Shown piece after piece: positions 6,391 through 14,666 of a DNA stretch of 27,584 nucleotides. A program made the translations under genes and the position numbers. The number at the start of each line of letters is the position of its first letter. Positions within the stretch are counted from its first letter, which is position 1. The DNA is from a virus (lineage: Duplodnaviria > Caudoviricetes), in IMG/VR virus record IMGVR_UViG_3300011442_000025, positions 1 through 27,584 of that record. One strand, written 5' to 3'. The notes beneath the pieces are model-generated. The model did no database searches and was not told the DNA's origin. It was given only the letters and a program-made list of their open reading frames with translations.

Positions 6391-6527
6391 AAGTGATCGC
6401 GCGCTGGGCGGGCGGGAAGCCTTGCTATATTTTTGCGCCGCTGGGGAATCTCCATTGAGTTATCCCCTAGTAATTCCATGGCATTTCCCGTCTGCACTCT
6501 TTCCCTCCTCAGCCACCACTTCAGGGC

Positions 6528-6557
6528 TTGACAATCCGGCCCGGCCTCCCGTATACT
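6528..6557 (+). promoter_or_regulatory. sigma70 promoter of the late/packaging arm
   Basis: TTGACA-18-TATACT, with an ATG at the predicted +1 (6564). Confidence 0.8.
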
Positions 6558-6563
6558 CCCGGG

Positions 6564-7217
6564 ATGGCCGCAATCCTATCCCCCGCCCTCCAGGATGCAA
6601 ATTCCCTCCTGGACGAGCTATCCGGGCCGCCCGCCCGATCGGGGCCTCTTGCTCCCACAATGGGACGCCTGGCGAAGGTGAGTTATTCGCACGATGCGAT
6701 GATTGACCTGGTAATTGGGAATCCCGCTATCTCCCAGAACGAGATCGCCGCGACATTCGGTTACACCGTCGGCTGGGTGTCGAACGTGTTCGCGTCGGAC
6801 GCGTTCCGGGAAAGGATGGCGCAGAGGAAGGATGAGTTGATTGATCCCACCCTCCGCCTCACGATTGAGGAACGCTTTAAGGCACTGGTCCAGCGTTCCC
6901 TCGATGTGTTGCAGGAGAAGCTCGCCCGGCCCTCCCACGCCATCCCGGATAATCTCGCCCTTCAGGCGGCTGCCCTCGGTGCTCGCTCCCTTGGTCTTGG
7001 GAGGCCGGATAACACCACCCCGCCGGCCCCGAATGGAGATCGTCTCCAGCAGCTAGCTGGGCGCTTAATCATCCTTCAACGTAACGTTGTGGAAAAGGTG
7101 CAAAATGGCAAAGTCACCGAAGGGGAAATATCCGAAACACTTTACGACTCCGGCGGGAGTTACCCGGGTGGTAGAGCGCAATCTGAAAGGGATCTCCCCG
7201 AAGAAGGAGCAGTTTGA
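6564..7217 (+). CDS. putative terminase small subunit / HTH protein (217 aa)
   Basis: HTH-like ISQNEIAATFGYTVGWVSNV followed by helical oligomerisation-like segments. First gene of the arm that contains TerL. Start reassigned from the TTG at 6528, which is the -35 box. Confidence 0.65.
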   Translation: MAAILSPALQDANSLLDELSGPPARSGPLAPTMGRLAKVSYSHDAMIDLVIGNPAISQNEIAATFGYTVGWVSNVFASDAFRERMAQRKDELIDPTLRLTIEERFKALVQRSLDVLQEKLARPSHAIPDNLALQAAALGARSLGLGRPDNTTPPAPNGDRLQQLAGRLIILQRNVVEKVQNGKVTEGEISETLYDSGGSYPGGRAQSERDLPEEGAV

Positions 7218-7272
7218 GCCGACCGACGCCTCGCCGGTGAACCAGCATAAGCGTATGGCGGGTGGCGGGTAG
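7105..7272 (+). CDS. small basic protein (55 aa, MAKSPKGKYPKH...)
   Basis: AAGGTG RBS. Overlaps the last 113 nt of the putative terS in another frame. Confidence 0.6.
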   Translation: MAKSPKGKYPKHFTTPAGVTRVVERNLKGISPKKEQFEPTDASPVNQHKRMAGGG

Positions 7273-7273
7273 G

Positions 7274-7474
7274 GTGGAAAGGCCCCTTAATAAGCAGGTT
7301 CGGGTAGAGAATGCAGACATGGTTCCCCGCCGACTTCTTGTCCAGCTCTGGGAGACCTCCCAGGATGGAGTGGAGCTTGTCCGGGAAATCATTCTCCATT
7401 ACCCGACTGCCCAGACCGGGCCAGACTGCTTCGTTACAGAGACACAGTACCTCACAGTGAGGATGATCCCGTGA
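7274..7474 (+). CDS. hypothetical protein (~66 aa)
   Basis: GTG directly after the upstream stop and GTGA overlap downstream. Confidence 0.65.
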   Translation: MERPLNKQVRVENADMVPRRLLVQLWETSQDGVELVREIILHYPTAQTGPDCFVTETQYLTVRMIP

Positions 7475-7704
7475 TTGCAGATGCGATCCACTCCCTCGAG
7501 ATCGAGGTTACTACGCTGAATGGGAGTAAACCTGGCACTGCAATGTGGGCGCACCAGCAAGCACTCTCCCTCGGCCTCTCCTTCCTGCGGAAGGCGGAGC
7601 AGATGAAGTTGAAGACGCCGGAGGAGTTGGACAAGTTTCGGAAACGCTGTCGAGAGGGGGTGATCGGACTTGAGGAGGACCCGGCTCCTGAGGTGACCGG
7701 ATGA
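7471..7704 (+). CDS. hypothetical protein (77 aa)
   Basis: GAGGA RBS and 4-nt overlaps on both sides. Confidence 0.7.
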   Translation: MIADAIHSLEIEVTTLNGSKPGTAMWAHQQALSLGLSFLRKAEQMKLKTPEELDKFRKRCREGVIGLEEDPAPEVTG

Positions 7705-8021
7705 ACCGGATCATTACCGATCCCTTCGGCGTGGATGAGAAGAGGAAGGTTGACTTTGACTTCGCCGCTTGGGTGCCGGTTGGAGTGACTATCTCGAGCG
7801 CGACTGCCACCTCCTCCGTTTATACCGGGACAGATGCCTCACCGGACATTGTGAATGGCTCGGCCTCGATAAGCGGGACGGTCGTGACCCAGACGATTGG
7901 TGGGGACACGAAGAAGGGGACGGTTGGGGTAATCTACGATGTGCTGATGCAGGCTACCCTCTCCGACGGACAGATCATCCCGATGGCTACCTACGTGGCG
8001 TTTGTACCCGACTTGATATGA
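7701..8021 (+). CDS. beta-rich virion protein, possibly a fibre-attachment adaptor (106 aa)
   Basis: DP...E...DFDFAAW..G.TISSA pattern and Ig-like beta composition typical of small phage structural adaptors. GAGGTG RBS. Confidence 0.55.
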   Translation: MNRIITDPFGVDEKRKVDFDFAAWVPVGVTISSATATSSVYTGTDASPDIVNGSASISGTVVTQTIGGDTKKGTVGVIYDVLMQATLSDGQIIPMATYVAFVPDLI

Positions 8022-8200
8022 CTCCCTCCCCGGTTGACATTCAGGCAGAGTTACGCCTCCTCGACCAAGTCTACGTCGAGACGGACGCGGATGAGATATT
8101 CTTCGCCGGCGTCCGACGCACCCTGGAATGGGTCCAGGGCAAGGGCGTCTCCCCCACCGAGTTTGTCAAGATGTGCCAGCGTCTCCCGATGAGGCACTGA
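8018..8200 (+). CDS. hypothetical protein (60 aa, MTPSPVDIQAE...)
   Basis: ATGA overlap upstream and TGATG coupling to terL. Confidence 0.65.
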   Translation: MTPSPVDIQAELRLLDQVYVETDADEIFFAGVRRTLEWVQGKGVSPTEFVKMCQRLPMRH

Positions 8201-9675
8201 TGGATCGGGTTACCTTTAAGCCGGTAAAGCTTACCGCCGAGCTGGTCGAGGCCTTCGGGGGGATGTATCTGTCTCCCCGTTATGATGGAGCTGTCGCTAC
8301 CCCAGAGTTCCACCGCGAGTGCTGGAGGGAATACGTTTCGGATAAGGCCGAGGTTGTCACAGCCGCCCCGCGGGAACACGCGAAGTCTACCGCCCTCACC
8401 TTCGTCTTTGGCTTGGCTGAGGTATGCTTTCGATCCTCAGACTACGTGATCCTGATCGGCTCGACGGAGGACATGGCGGCGGAACAGCTTTCCAACCTGA
8501 AGGAAGAGTTGGCGGATAATGAGGATCTCCGGCGGGACTTTAGTATCCTCGGGTTTGAGCAGGACACCCGCACCGATATTATCGTTCGGTGTGAGGATGG
8601 ACATCGCTTTCGTATCCTGGCCCGCGGCGCCGAGCAGAAGATCCGCGGAAAGATGTGGAAGGGGAAGCGGCCCAACCTGATCATCTGCGATGATATGGAG
8701 GATGATGAGCAGGTGGAGAACCGGGATAGGCGGATGAAGTTCCGCCGGTGGTTCTTCCGCGCCGCTCGGCAAGCTCTCTCCCGCAGCGGGCGAATCCGCG
8801 TCCACGGTACGATTCTGCATGAGGATTCCCTCCTCTCCCGCTTGTTCAAGAACAAGGCGTGGAAGGGGCTGTTCTACCGCGCGCACAACTCTTTCGACGA
8901 TTTCTCCGAGATCCTCTGGCCGGAGAACTGGCCGGAGTCGCGCTTGCGCGCTCGCCGCCAGGAATTCCTCGAGGATGGCGATCCAGATGGGTATTCCCAG
9001 GAATTCCTAAATGACCCGACTGACTCGGCTGTGGTATACCTCCGGAAAGGGGATTTCCTTCCGATGTCCCTCGAGGACCAGGAAAGGCCGAAGACGAAGC
9101 TTGTCGGAGTCGATTTCGCTATATCGAAGAAAGATAAGGCTAACCGCTCGTCGTTCACTGTGGGCGGGAAGTGCTCCTTCAATCTCATCCATGTGGTGGA
9201 CCAGTACGTGGGGCGCTGGGATGCGGAGGAGATTATAGGCCAGTTCTTCGACATCCAGGCCCGGCATGACCCCGCCGGCTTCTACGTCGAGGATGGGCAG
9301 ATCTGGAAGGCCCTCTCGTCTACCCTGTACAAGGAGATGCAGAAGCGTGACCGCTGGCTCAACGTCGTAGCCATCACGCCGATCTCGGACAAGGCCGCCC
9401 GTGGACGCCCCTACCAGCGCCGGCACAAGGCGGGCGGAATGCGGTTTGACAAGGCGGCTGACTGGTACCCCGGATATGAAGCGGAGAACCTCAAATTCAC
9501 CGGCGTCTCGGAAGCGACCCTGGACGACCAGTTTGACTCGACTGCTCTCCTGGTTAAAGGGTTTGACCTCCTCCCCGAAGTGGACGAGGAAGACTTCGAG
9601 GCGGAAGAGGAGCTCGAGATGAGGCGGCAGGACCCGAGGCGGTCGAGCGGTAGATCACCAGTGACAGGCTACTGA
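8200..9675 (+). CDS. terL: terminase large subunit (491 aa)
   Basis: Walker A APREHAKST, Walker B LIICDDME, coupling motif GT, nuclease VGVDFA and DDQFDS. Start at ATG 8200 with GAGG RBS. Confidence 0.95.
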   Translation: MDRVTFKPVKLTAELVEAFGGMYLSPRYDGAVATPEFHRECWREYVSDKAEVVTAAPREHAKSTALTFVFGLAEVCFRSSDYVILIGSTEDMAAEQLSNLKEELADNEDLRRDFSILGFEQDTRTDIIVRCEDGHRFRILARGAEQKIRGKMWKGKRPNLIICDDMEDDEQVENRDRRMKFRRWFFRAARQALSRSGRIRVHGTILHEDSLLSRLFKNKAWKGLFYRAHNSFDDFSEILWPENWPESRLRARRQEFLEDGDPDGYSQEFLNDPTDSAVVYLRKGDFLPMSLEDQERPKTKLVGVDFAISKKDKANRSSFTVGGKCSFNLIHVVDQYVGRWDAEEIIGQFFDIQARHDPAGFYVEDGQIWKALSSTLYKEMQKRDRWLNVVAITPISDKAARGRPYQRRHKAGGMRFDKAADWYPGYEAENLKFTGVSEATLDDQFDSTALLVKGFDLLPEVDEEDFEAEEELEMRRQDPRRSSGRSPVTGY

Positions 9676-9848
9676 TGCGAGTACTTGCCACAGGTCTTGG
9701 ACTTACCACGGCGGCATGGGTTTCACTGCTAGACGCGGTTTGTCGCAATTGCAAACGGTCTTGCCCTACCAAAGCTGTGGGGGTTGCTTTTGACTTTGGG
9801 GTTGACTTTGGGGTGGGGGTTGCCCTTAGTAGGAAGGCAGCATGTTGA
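9675..9848 (+). CDS. possible 57-aa protein between terL and portal
   Basis: TGATG coupling to terL, and the stop overlaps the portal start. MRVLATGLGL...CRNCKRSC... with a low-complexity 3' half. Confidence 0.35.
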   Translation: MRVLATGLGLTTAAWVSLLDAVCRNCKRSCPTKAVGVAFDFGVDFGVGVALSRKAAC

Positions 9849-11998
9849 ATCTCGACAGGAAGCTCGTTCTGAATAAGGACGCAATCCAGTCTCCGAATCT
9901 CTGTGACAGGTTCACCGCGGACGACCTTGCTCGACTCGGAGAGTGGGTTTGGGGCGGTTATGATCGGGATAAGTTCTCCCGCAATAAGTGGGAGAAGAGG
10001 ACCGACGCCGCGATGGACCTCGCGATGCAGATCCTGAAGGACAAGAGTTACCCTTGGGTAAACTGTGCTAACATCGCTTTCCCTCTTGTCACCATCGCAG
10101 CCCTTCAGTTCCACGCCCGTGCCTACCCTACTATTGTGAGTGGGACAGATGTGGTCCGGGCGCGCGTTATCGGAGATGATCCGGATGGGAGAAAGAAGCA
10201 ACGCGCTGATCGCATCTCCGAACATATGTCCTGGCAGTGCTTGGAGCAGGATGGAGATTGGGAGGAGCAGCACGACCGCCTCCTTATCAATCTCCCCATC
10301 GTAGGCTGTGCGTTTAAGAAGTCATACTGGCTGGCTGGGGAGAACCGCTTTGAGAGTGAGCTGGTTCTTGCTCGAGACCTTGTTCTCGACTATTACTCGA
10401 AGAGTGTGGAGTATTCCCCTCGGAAGACCCACTGTATCCCCCTTGCCCGGAACGACATTTATGAAAGGGTGAAGCGGGAAACCTTCTACGACATTTTAGA
10501 CACTGCCTGGTTCCGCGCCCTCCCTGTCCTGACAGAGGATCGCCAGACGGCTAACAAGGATCGTCGAACAGGACAAACTCCTCCAATCCGCACCGACGAG
10601 ACAACTCCCTTCCGTTTTCTCGAGCAACACGTCGTATGCGATCTGGATGGTGATGGATACGCTGAGCCTTACATTATGACAGTCGAGGAGACGAATAAGT
10701 GCCTCGTTCGCATTGTCGCTCGCTTTGATCGGGAAGAGGACATCGAGCGTAACCTCCGCAAGCAAATCATCTCTATCCGCCCTGTGGAGTATTTCACAAA
10801 GTACTCTTTCGTTCCATCCCCCGATGGAGGGGTGTACGATGTCGGATTCGGGCTCTTCCTTGGACCTCTTAACGAGTCAGTTAATTCCCTCGTCAACATG
10901 CTCACTGACTCTGGTGCGATGGCGGTTGGTGGCGGTGGATTCCTGGGAAGGGGTGCGAAGATACGCGGTGGAGTCTATACGTTTGCTCCCTTCGAGTGGA
11001 AGCGCGTGGATTCGCCGGGGGACGATCTCCGTAAGAACATCGTACCACTCGATATACGAGAACCCTCCCAAGTCCTGTTTAATCTTCTCACTCTCCTCAT
11101 TAACTACACGCAGAGGATCTCCGGATCGACCGATATAATGGTAGGGGAGAATATTGGGCAGAATACTCCGAAGGGGACTGCCGATACCCTCGTTGAGCAA
11201 GGGCAGAAGATATACAACGCGATCTTTAAAAGGGTATGGCGTTGTATGAAGGAAGAGTTTAAGAAACTCTACCAGTTGAACGGTGTGCATCTTTCTGCCT
11301 CGACCCGGTTTGCTGGAGGGAAGGAAGCCCTTCGGGAAGATTACCTGCAGGACCCCAACACTGTTATCCCGGCGGCAGATCCCAACGTTGTCTCTGACCA
11401 GATGGCAATGCAGATCGCTGGGGCTGTGGCGCAGAGGGCTCAAATGGTTCCTGGCTACGATAAGGATGCAGTGGAGATGAACCTCCTGAAGGCTATGAAG
11501 GTTGACGCGCCGGGGCAGCTGTTCAAGGGCACACAAGGCCAGCCACCTCCGAAGGATGTGAAGGTGCAGATCGCCGAGATGGAGCTTGCCGCCGATGCGC
11601 AAGAAGCGGATAAACAGCGCCAGCACGAAATGGGCATGTTTGCTGCTGAGATGCAAGAGGAGCTCCAGCTCAACCAGGCGAAGATTATGGAGCTTAATGC
11701 TAAGGCGCAGGCTCTCATCCTGGATGTCCAGGGGGATCGAGAAGATCGCCAAGTCGCTGTAATGCAGAGCCAGCTTGCCCTCGCGCGGGAGCGAGCGCAA
11801 GCGGAGGGAGAGAAGATCTCCGCCCGCCTCAAGCTCATCATGGATCAAATGGAGATGCAGAAGAAGCGCTCCGACGTCGAGGTCGCCGCGAGGAAGGGGG
11901 CTGTGTCAGTCGCAGTTGCTCGAGAGAAGGGAAACATCGCGATAGATACCGCTCGCCGGAAGGCTGCTCAATCCCTCGAGGAGACCTCTGGTGATTAA
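9842..11998 (+). CDS. portal protein (718 aa) with long C-terminal coiled coil
   Basis: Position after terL, size, N-terminal YPWVNCANIAFPLVT and GCAFKK motifs, and a Q/E/A/M-rich helical C-terminus like the P22 portal barrel. Confidence 0.9.
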   Translation: MLNLDRKLVLNKDAIQSPNLCDRFTADDLARLGEWVWGGYDRDKFSRNKWEKRTDAAMDLAMQILKDKSYPWVNCANIAFPLVTIAALQFHARAYPTIVSGTDVVRARVIGDDPDGRKKQRADRISEHMSWQCLEQDGDWEEQHDRLLINLPIVGCAFKKSYWLAGENRFESELVLARDLVLDYYSKSVEYSPRKTHCIPLARNDIYERVKRETFYDILDTAWFRALPVLTEDRQTANKDRRTGQTPPIRTDETTPFRFLEQHVVCDLDGDGYAEPYIMTVEETNKCLVRIVARFDREEDIERNLRKQIISIRPVEYFTKYSFVPSPDGGVYDVGFGLFLGPLNESVNSLVNMLTDSGAMAVGGGGFLGRGAKIRGGVYTFAPFEWKRVDSPGDDLRKNIVPLDIREPSQVLFNLLTLLINYTQRISGSTDIMVGENIGQNTPKGTADTLVEQGQKIYNAIFKRVWRCMKEEFKKLYQLNGVHLSASTRFAGGKEALREDYLQDPNTVIPAADPNVVSDQMAMQIAGAVAQRAQMVPGYDKDAVEMNLLKAMKVDAPGQLFKGTQGQPPPKDVKVQIAEMELAADAQEADKQRQHEMGMFAAEMQEELQLNQAKIMELNAKAQALILDVQGDREDRQVAVMQSQLALARERAQAEGEKISARLKLIMDQMEMQKKRSDVEVAARKGAVSVAVAREKGNIAIDTARRKAAQSLEETSGD

Positions 11999-12242
11999 GG
12001 CAGAGGATTGGGATTCCTGGAAAGAGCACCCCGTGACGCGGGATTTCTTCGCTTGGATTGAAAGCAAGAGGGAGGGATTGAAGGAGCATTGGGCAAGGGG
12101 CTCTTTCACCGGCCCCTCCTTCGAGGAGACCCAACTCAAGAACGTAGCTGCGACTGGTGCTACCAGCGCATACGAGGAAGTATTAGAAGTAGATCTGGAA
12201 CAACTTAACGGAGACCTGTATGAGCCAGAAAGTCGGGGATAA
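11991..12242 (+). CDS. small head-module protein (83 aa)
   Basis: W..W..HPVT pattern, GAGGAG RBS, typical post-portal position. Confidence 0.75.
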   Translation: MIKAEDWDSWKEHPVTRDFFAWIESKREGLKEHWARGSFTGPSFEETQLKNVAATGATSAYEEVLEVDLEQLNGDLYEPESRG

Positions 12243-12576
12243 CCCCTCGGGCCTTGCCCCGGTGGGACGAGCAGTGTTGGTAGAAGCGTATGAACCGGAG
12301 ATCAAGCGAGGGAGCATCGTGATCCCTCAGAATGTCAGCGAGAGGACGATTGCCGCAGAGATGCGGGCGGTTGTCCTCGCTGTTGGGCCGCTTGCCTGGG
12401 GTGAGGAGCCAGAGCCTCGCGCACAGGTAGGGGATAAGGTGCTTATCGCTCGATACGCCGGGGTGATCGCCAAGTCCCCAGTGAATGGTAAGCTCTATCG
12501 CATTGTCAACGCTAATGACATCTTCGCGCGGATAGAAGCAGAAGAGATGCCCGCCGAAGTGGGGATGGCAGCATGA
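12220..12576 (+). CDS. groES: GroES/Cpn10-like co-chaperonin
   Basis: LAPVGRAVLV, mobile loop GSIVIP, VLAVGP, VGDKVL..RYAG, IVNANDIFA. Confidence 0.92.
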   Translation: MSQKVGDNPSGLAPVGRAVLVEAYEPEIKRGSIVIPQNVSERTIAAEMRAVVLAVGPLAWGEEPEPRAQVGDKVLIARYAGVIAKSPVNGKLYRIVNANDIFARIEAEEMPAEVGMAA

Positions 12577-13421
12577 GCGAAGCCCCCTCGATTGAGCAGC
12601 AAGCAACTGAGCGCGGCTGGAGGCCGAAGGAAGAGTTCAAGGGCCATCCTGACCACTTCGTCGACGCCGAAACCTATCTAGCTCGTAGTGAGACAGTCCT
12701 CCCGATCGTGAAGAAGGAAAACGAGAATCTTCGGACGGAGCTCACATCCGTCCGGGGGCAGCTCTCGAAGGTGGAGCAGGCATTGGCGGAAAGCCAGGCT
12801 TCCCAGAAGGAGTTCGCGGAGTTTCAGAGCCAGCTCACAGCGGATCGAGTTAAGGCGGCTAAGGATAAACTCCTTAGCGAACTCGTCGCGGCGAAGCGGG
12901 AAGGGAATGTTGAGGATGAGGTTCGCTTAACGGATGAGCTGACCGATCTGAAGGCGACGGAGCAAGCCGCGCTGGTTGAGAAGAAGCCTCCGGTGGAGCG
13001 TGATACCTCTACTCAAGACGGCGCGAATAACCCCGTGTTCCAGCAATGGATTGGGGAGAACGGCTGGTATCTGTCCGATCCAGAGAAGCAGCGGGCTGCA
13101 ATTGCTTACGGAATGGTGCTTCGTGCAGACCCTGCAACGAAGGGTCTGGTCGGGCGTCCCTTTCTAGACCGCATCAAGCAACACATTGATAAGGTCTATA
13201 CTGGGGGCACGACGACCTCTGTAGATAGGGTTGAGGGAGGGCGCCCCACCGGGGACTACGGCGGGGGTAATGGAGGGAACGGTAAGTCCTACCACGATCT
13301 CCCTGCTGAGGCAAAGGAAGTAGTAAATCGCCAAGCCTCTCGCTTCGTCGGCGAGAACAAGACGTTTAAAGACCTGAAGGCGTGGCAGGATCACTACGCC
13401 AAGACATTCTTTGCGGAGTGA
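12573..13421 (+). CDS. putative capsid scaffolding protein (282 aa)
   Basis: N-terminal GWRPKEEF, long coiled coil, position between portal and capsid genes. Confidence 0.7.
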   Translation: MSEAPSIEQQATERGWRPKEEFKGHPDHFVDAETYLARSETVLPIVKKENENLRTELTSVRGQLSKVEQALAESQASQKEFAEFQSQLTADRVKAAKDKLLSELVAAKREGNVEDEVRLTDELTDLKATEQAALVEKKPPVERDTSTQDGANNPVFQQWIGENGWYLSDPEKQRAAIAYGMVLRADPATKGLVGRPFLDRIKQHIDKVYTGGTTTSVDRVEGGRPTGDYGGGNGGNGKSYHDLPAEAKEVVNRQASRFVGENKTFKDLKAWQDHYAKTFFAE

Positions 13422-13425
13422 GATA

Positions 13426-14034
13426 ATGGATATTCTTGGGAAGCTGACAGGGAAGAAAGAGGCCATTCCGGAAGCTGGGCGCGGAGAGACGGCGAACCCG
13501 GCGAACGAGCCTGCGAAGGCTGTAACAGGGAGGACACGGATTCCCCTTTCCCTCCCCCGCCTTAAGCTGGATGCGCCGAAGATCCCTGGGTATGTCCTCC
13601 AGTGGTTCGCGGACAGGCCGGGTCGCCTGCGGCAAGCCCAAGAGGCGGGATATGAGCACGTGTCCCCCGACGAGATCTCTCTAAACAACCACGCAGTAGC
13701 AGATGATCCTGCTTCAAGTGGGAATACCGACTTGGGCAACCAGGTCTCTACCTACGGCGGGGTGGGTGAAGGCGGGCAGGCCGAGCGCCTTTACCTTATG
13801 AAGATACCAGAACAGTACTGGATTGAGGACGAGAAAGTAAAAGCAGACAGGAACGAAAGTGTCGCGGCAGCGATTCGAGGTGGGGCAACTCCCATGATGA
13901 ACCCTGACGCCCGTAACCCAAGTGCTCCGGGAGACCAGAGCCTTGTATACGGAGGAATGGGAGCTCGTCCGGGAGGCAACCCCGCGGCCTCGAGAAACTC
14001 TCGCGCAAACCTCTTCACGCGCAAGCGTGGTTAA
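13426..14034 (+). CDS. head-module protein of unknown function (202 aa)
   Basis: GGAG RBS. PGYVLQWF, GYEHV and LYLMKIP motifs, located just before the capsid genes. Confidence 0.75.
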   Translation: MDILGKLTGKKEAIPEAGRGETANPANEPAKAVTGRTRIPLSLPRLKLDAPKIPGYVLQWFADRPGRLRQAQEAGYEHVSPDEISLNNHAVADDPASSGNTDLGNQVSTYGGVGEGGQAERLYLMKIPEQYWIEDEKVKADRNESVAAAIRGGATPMMNPDARNPSAPGDQSLVYGGMGARPGGNPAASRNSRANLFTRKRG

Positions 14035-14051
14035 CCTGAAAGGAGTTTGAT

Positions 14052-14654
14052 ATGGCTAACGCCAATCGACCCTCAGGCCTGACACCTGTCCGCTACCTCA
14101 ACGCGGCTAAGTGGACAGGCGGGGGCCGGGTGTATTGCATTCCATCAACCGACTCGACAAACGCATACGCGATTGGAGATCCGGTGGTGCTGGCCGGAAG
14201 TGCCGATTCGGCTGGAGTAGCAACGGTTGTCCTAGCGACAGCAGGAAGTGGACTAACGGGCGTGATTGTCTCGATGGGTGGAACGAAGTATGGCTCGGGT
14301 TACTATGACCCAACCAACCTCAATACCACTATCGTACCCCAGTCAAAGTCGAGAAACTACTACGTCCTCGTCGAGGATGATCCAAACGTTATCTACACCG
14401 TGCAAGAGATCGGGACCGGGACAGCCCTTGCTGCAGCTGATGTTGGGCTGAACTGTAACCTGGTAGCCGGGACGAACAACGGGTATGTATCCGGCTGGCT
14501 CCTGACCAACACGACAGAAGCCACAACATCCACGCTGGATGTGAAGCTGCTGGGGCTCGCCCAGACGACTGAACCTAATGCCTTTGGTGCCTACGCGAAG
14601 TGGAATGTGATTATCAACAATCACTCCTATCGCACTGGTATCACCGGCGTATAA
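14052..14654 (+). CDS. putative capsid decoration/cement protein (200 aa)
   Basis: Strong AAGGAG RBS. MAN.N.P.GL.P start, IGDPV and DDPNVIY motifs, directly upstream of the MCP. Confidence 0.7.
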   Translation: MANANRPSGLTPVRYLNAAKWTGGGRVYCIPSTDSTNAYAIGDPVVLAGSADSAGVATVVLATAGSGLTGVIVSMGGTKYGSGYYDPTNLNTTIVPQSKSRNYYVLVEDDPNVIYTVQEIGTGTALAAADVGLNCNLVAGTNNGYVSGWLLTNTTEATTSTLDVKLLGLAQTTEPNAFGAYAKWNVIINNHSYRTGITGV

Positions 14655-14666
14655 AGGAGAGCCACC

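Noticed and set aside
1-6500. CRISPR array or mini-array associated with the Cas4-like gene
   Set aside because: No regularly spaced 25-40 bp direct repeats. The only pair (5970 and 6063) is 14 bp and matches the IHF consensus.
5896-6706. ORFs in the inter-arm region (5896-6348, 6002-6307, 6359-6706)
   Set aside because: No RBS and atypical composition. The region is better explained by promoters, IHF sites and repeats.
12560-12576. ssrA-like C-terminal Ala-Ala degrons on GroES (GMAA) and the nuclease (KVAA)
   Set aside because: Both arise at GCATGA start/stop overlaps, a common by-product of translational coupling. There is no independent support.
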